The notes beneath the pieces were generated by a model that saw only the letters and a list, made by a program, of their open reading frames with translations, searched no databases and had not been told where the DNA came from. This document shows, one piece after another, positions 61,620 through 64,000 of a stretch of 64,000 bases of DNA (position 1 is its first letter; each line of letters opens with the position of its first letter). The translations under genes were made by a program, and so were the position numbers. Where the stretch lies: positions 26,412,001 through 26,476,000 of the forward strand of contig NC_090352.1 of NCBI RefSeq assembly GCF_035084215.1, read 5' to 3'. This DNA comes from Heptranchias perlo (taxonomy: Eukaryota).

Positions 61620-61938
61620 CTTTCGGATGAGGCGTTAAACTGAGGACCTGTCCGCCCGCTTGGGTGGATGTAAAAAATCCCCATGGCATTATTTGAAGAA
61701 GAACAGAGGAGTTCTCCCTGGTGTCCTAGCCAATATTTATTCTTCAACCAACATCACTAAAACAGATTATCTGGTAATTATCGCATTGCTGTTGGTGGGA
61801 CCTTGCTGTGTGTAATTTAGCTACTGTGTTTCCTATAATACAACAGTGACTATATTTGGAAAGCACTTCATTGGCTGTAAAGTGCTTTGGGACATCCTGA
61901 GGTTGCGAAAGGCTTTATATAAATGCAAGTCTTTCTTT
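61620..61938 (+). mobile_element. DeuSINE-like SINE, 5'-truncated
   Basis: Tail tatataaatgcaagtctttcttt. Confidence 0.8.
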
Positions 61939-62649
61939 ATGTTGCATGTATGTGACGTAACAAATGGTATCATTTTAAGAAGGAAACAACCTCTCCCAGC
62001 CAATACTGCTGCTTCAGTAAGTTTGATCCATTGTAGGAAGGCTAATTCTTTTGGAGTATTGAATTACATTAAAATTACGAGGCGGTTTCCCCTTATTATC
62101 CAACATCTCCTCACTTTTAAGAAAAAAACTAATAAGTTGCCCACGGTCAGTTGCTGAATCTGTTTGTTTACAAGATGGCAACAGAGTTGGGAGACACTTC
62201 AAAACTTGCTCCATAGCACCATCTACAGGCCAGGGCCTGCAGCTACATTGTGACAGGTAACTTTATTTACAGAATTTCCCATTGTAAATGTTCACATAGG
62301 CAGATTAAATTATGATTATAAGATTGTGACCAACTATTATGACAACTGAGTAGGCAAATACACAAAATTTCTGTGTGTGTGTGCTCAAAACTACCGTAAC
62401 TTGGCTCAGAGCAAAAGCAAGTGGTGCAGTCCTCCGTGAAAACATTCATTCCAATTCTACAAACGGATACCGGCAAAGCTGCTTGTATCCAGAGTAGATT
62501 TTTCTTTTGTGTCATTAAATCATTCAAGATGCTATGTTGGGATGAGGGAGGATCTATATGCCTCCACGGGAGGTTGTTCTAAATGGGCCGAATGGTCTTC
62601 CACAACTGCTCTTTACCCCCCACAAGATCACAAATGATGAAGAAAGGAA

Positions 62650-63073
62650 AAAAAGAATTTGCATTTATTCAGCGCCTTTAACTCCGTCGGGATGTCCCAA
62701 AGCGCTTTACAGCGAAAGAGTACTTTTTGAAGTGTAGTTATTGTCATGTAGGAAATGCAGCAGCCAATTTGCACACAGCAAGGTCCCACAAACAGCAATG
62801 TGATGACCAGATCATCTGTTTTAGGTGTTGATTGAGTGATAAATATTGGCCAGGACACCGAGGAGTCCCCTGCTCTTTTGAATAGTCCACCTGAGAGGAC
62901 AGACTTGGTTTAATGTCTTATCCAAGAGACGGCACCTCCGACAGTGCAGCACTCCCTCAGTACTGCACTGAAATGCCAGCCTACATTATGTGCTCACGTC
63001 TCTGGCGTGGGGGTTGAATCTACAGCCTTATGTCTTCGAGGTGAGAGTGCCACCACTGAGCCATGGCTGACAC
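62650..63073 (-). mobile_element. DeuSINE-like SINE, near full length
   Basis: - strand head gtgtcagccatggctcagtggtgg; body matches 4726-5199. Confidence 0.8.
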
Positions 63074-63824
63074 ATGGTTAAAAAAAATCTGTTGTACTTT
63101 TTTATTATTTTCCATGTAGAATTCATGCATAGCTTAATTAGCAAGTAACTGCTAGTAGGAAAGTATTACAGCAATGCGACTACAAGCTGCTAGCAATTTA
63201 CTGGTGGTCGGGGTTAATTGACCATTTCATTTGAGATGGTCTGCAGTAACCATGTTGGGGATGTATAATTAGGCCCGATGCATCGTTACTGTATTTTGCT
63301 TTGAATTGGTGGTGAAAGGGAATGTTTCCATTGTTAGGAGTGAAAAACTAAACCTGAAAGGGGGGAAAAAAACACTGCAGGTTGTGTTTCTTTGTGGATG
63401 ACCTGCATTCTGTCAGTGTTTGAACAGTGAACTTAGTAAGCACAGCTGTGCTGCAGCTGTCATAGGCATTTGAAATAAAACATTAGGACTTTATGTGCTA
63501 TGTGGTCCCTTGCATCTTCCTGCTGTGTTCAAGCACTGGCACCTGTGCCCTTCCGAATGTACTTTTGGACTCAAGCACTCTGTACATAGTCTTAAAGTGG
63601 GTTTGCACACTCTCCTTTCATCCCAGGGACATGGTTTACAATCCAGTCTGGGACTGATGGGATGAAAGCTTCTTTGTTTACTGTAAGAGTCCTAAGCAGA
63701 ATGAGTTTGGTTAGTTTCAATTCCGCTATTAATACAGTTGGGCCCACAGCATAAAGCTGGCTCTAATCGGCAGTTTCATGCCTAGGCTGGTGTGGAAAGT
63801 GAAAAAAGTCCACTGATGCAATGG

Positions 63825-64000
63825 GCCCATGAAGGGGAGGTTCTGCCAATCTAATTTATTTATTTTCTTTGAGGGTGTGACAAAGGAGCTTGATCGGGGT
63901 AAGGCAGTGCATGTGGTGTATTTGGATTTCAGTGAAGGCCTTTGATACGGTTCTTCTGGAAAGGCTGGTACTGAAAATAAAGCACGAATCAGTGAAAATA
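63825..64000 (+). mobile_element. CR1 RT fragment running off the window end
   Basis: ...FFEGVTKELDRGKAVHVVYLDFS.AFDT. Confidence 0.75.

Noticed and set aside
54724-64000. BLMH exon 7 (expected IFR...LG.PPETF.WEY)
   Set aside because: Not found by eye in the remaining 9 kb; presumably beyond the window.

Overview
Vertebrate genomic DNA, very likely a cartilaginous fish (shark), judged from its CR1, DeuSINE-type and Penelope repeat content. Four spliced protein-coding genes were reconstructed by hand from GT-AG exons. (1) The last four exons of beta-A1/A3 crystallin (CRYBA1, + strand, 74-3956). (2) An apparently complete, intact 4-exon gene on the - strand (11187-6074, about 258 aa) encoding a class I SAM-dependent methyltransferase-fold protein (VVSAGAGTGYW...LISFD...LFLAWP...LHIGE...LPNWPGHLD) that I cannot match to any named vertebrate gene. 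The ORF track shows it only as unrelated fragments. (3) TMIGD1 (+ strand, 15969 to about 27365: signal peptide, two Ig domains, TM helix). (4) Coding exons 1-6 of bleomycin hydrolase (BLMH, + strand, from 37727, continuing beyond the window). The rest is transposon-derived: many CR1 LINE fragments (including a nested, inverted cluster of about 6 kb in BLMH intron 4), a second LINE family, tRNA-derived SINEs, decayed PIF/Harbinger transposase sequences and MITEs, and at least six Penelope-like (PLE) terminal fragments. Several of the PLE fragments carry minimal hammerhead ribozyme cores and 10-12 bp target-site duplications, and one forms a fold-back of about 850 bp. The top findings are the orphan methyltransferase gene and the PLE hammerhead/palindrome elements. 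No database searches were run, so family and ortholog assignments rest on recalled motifs.
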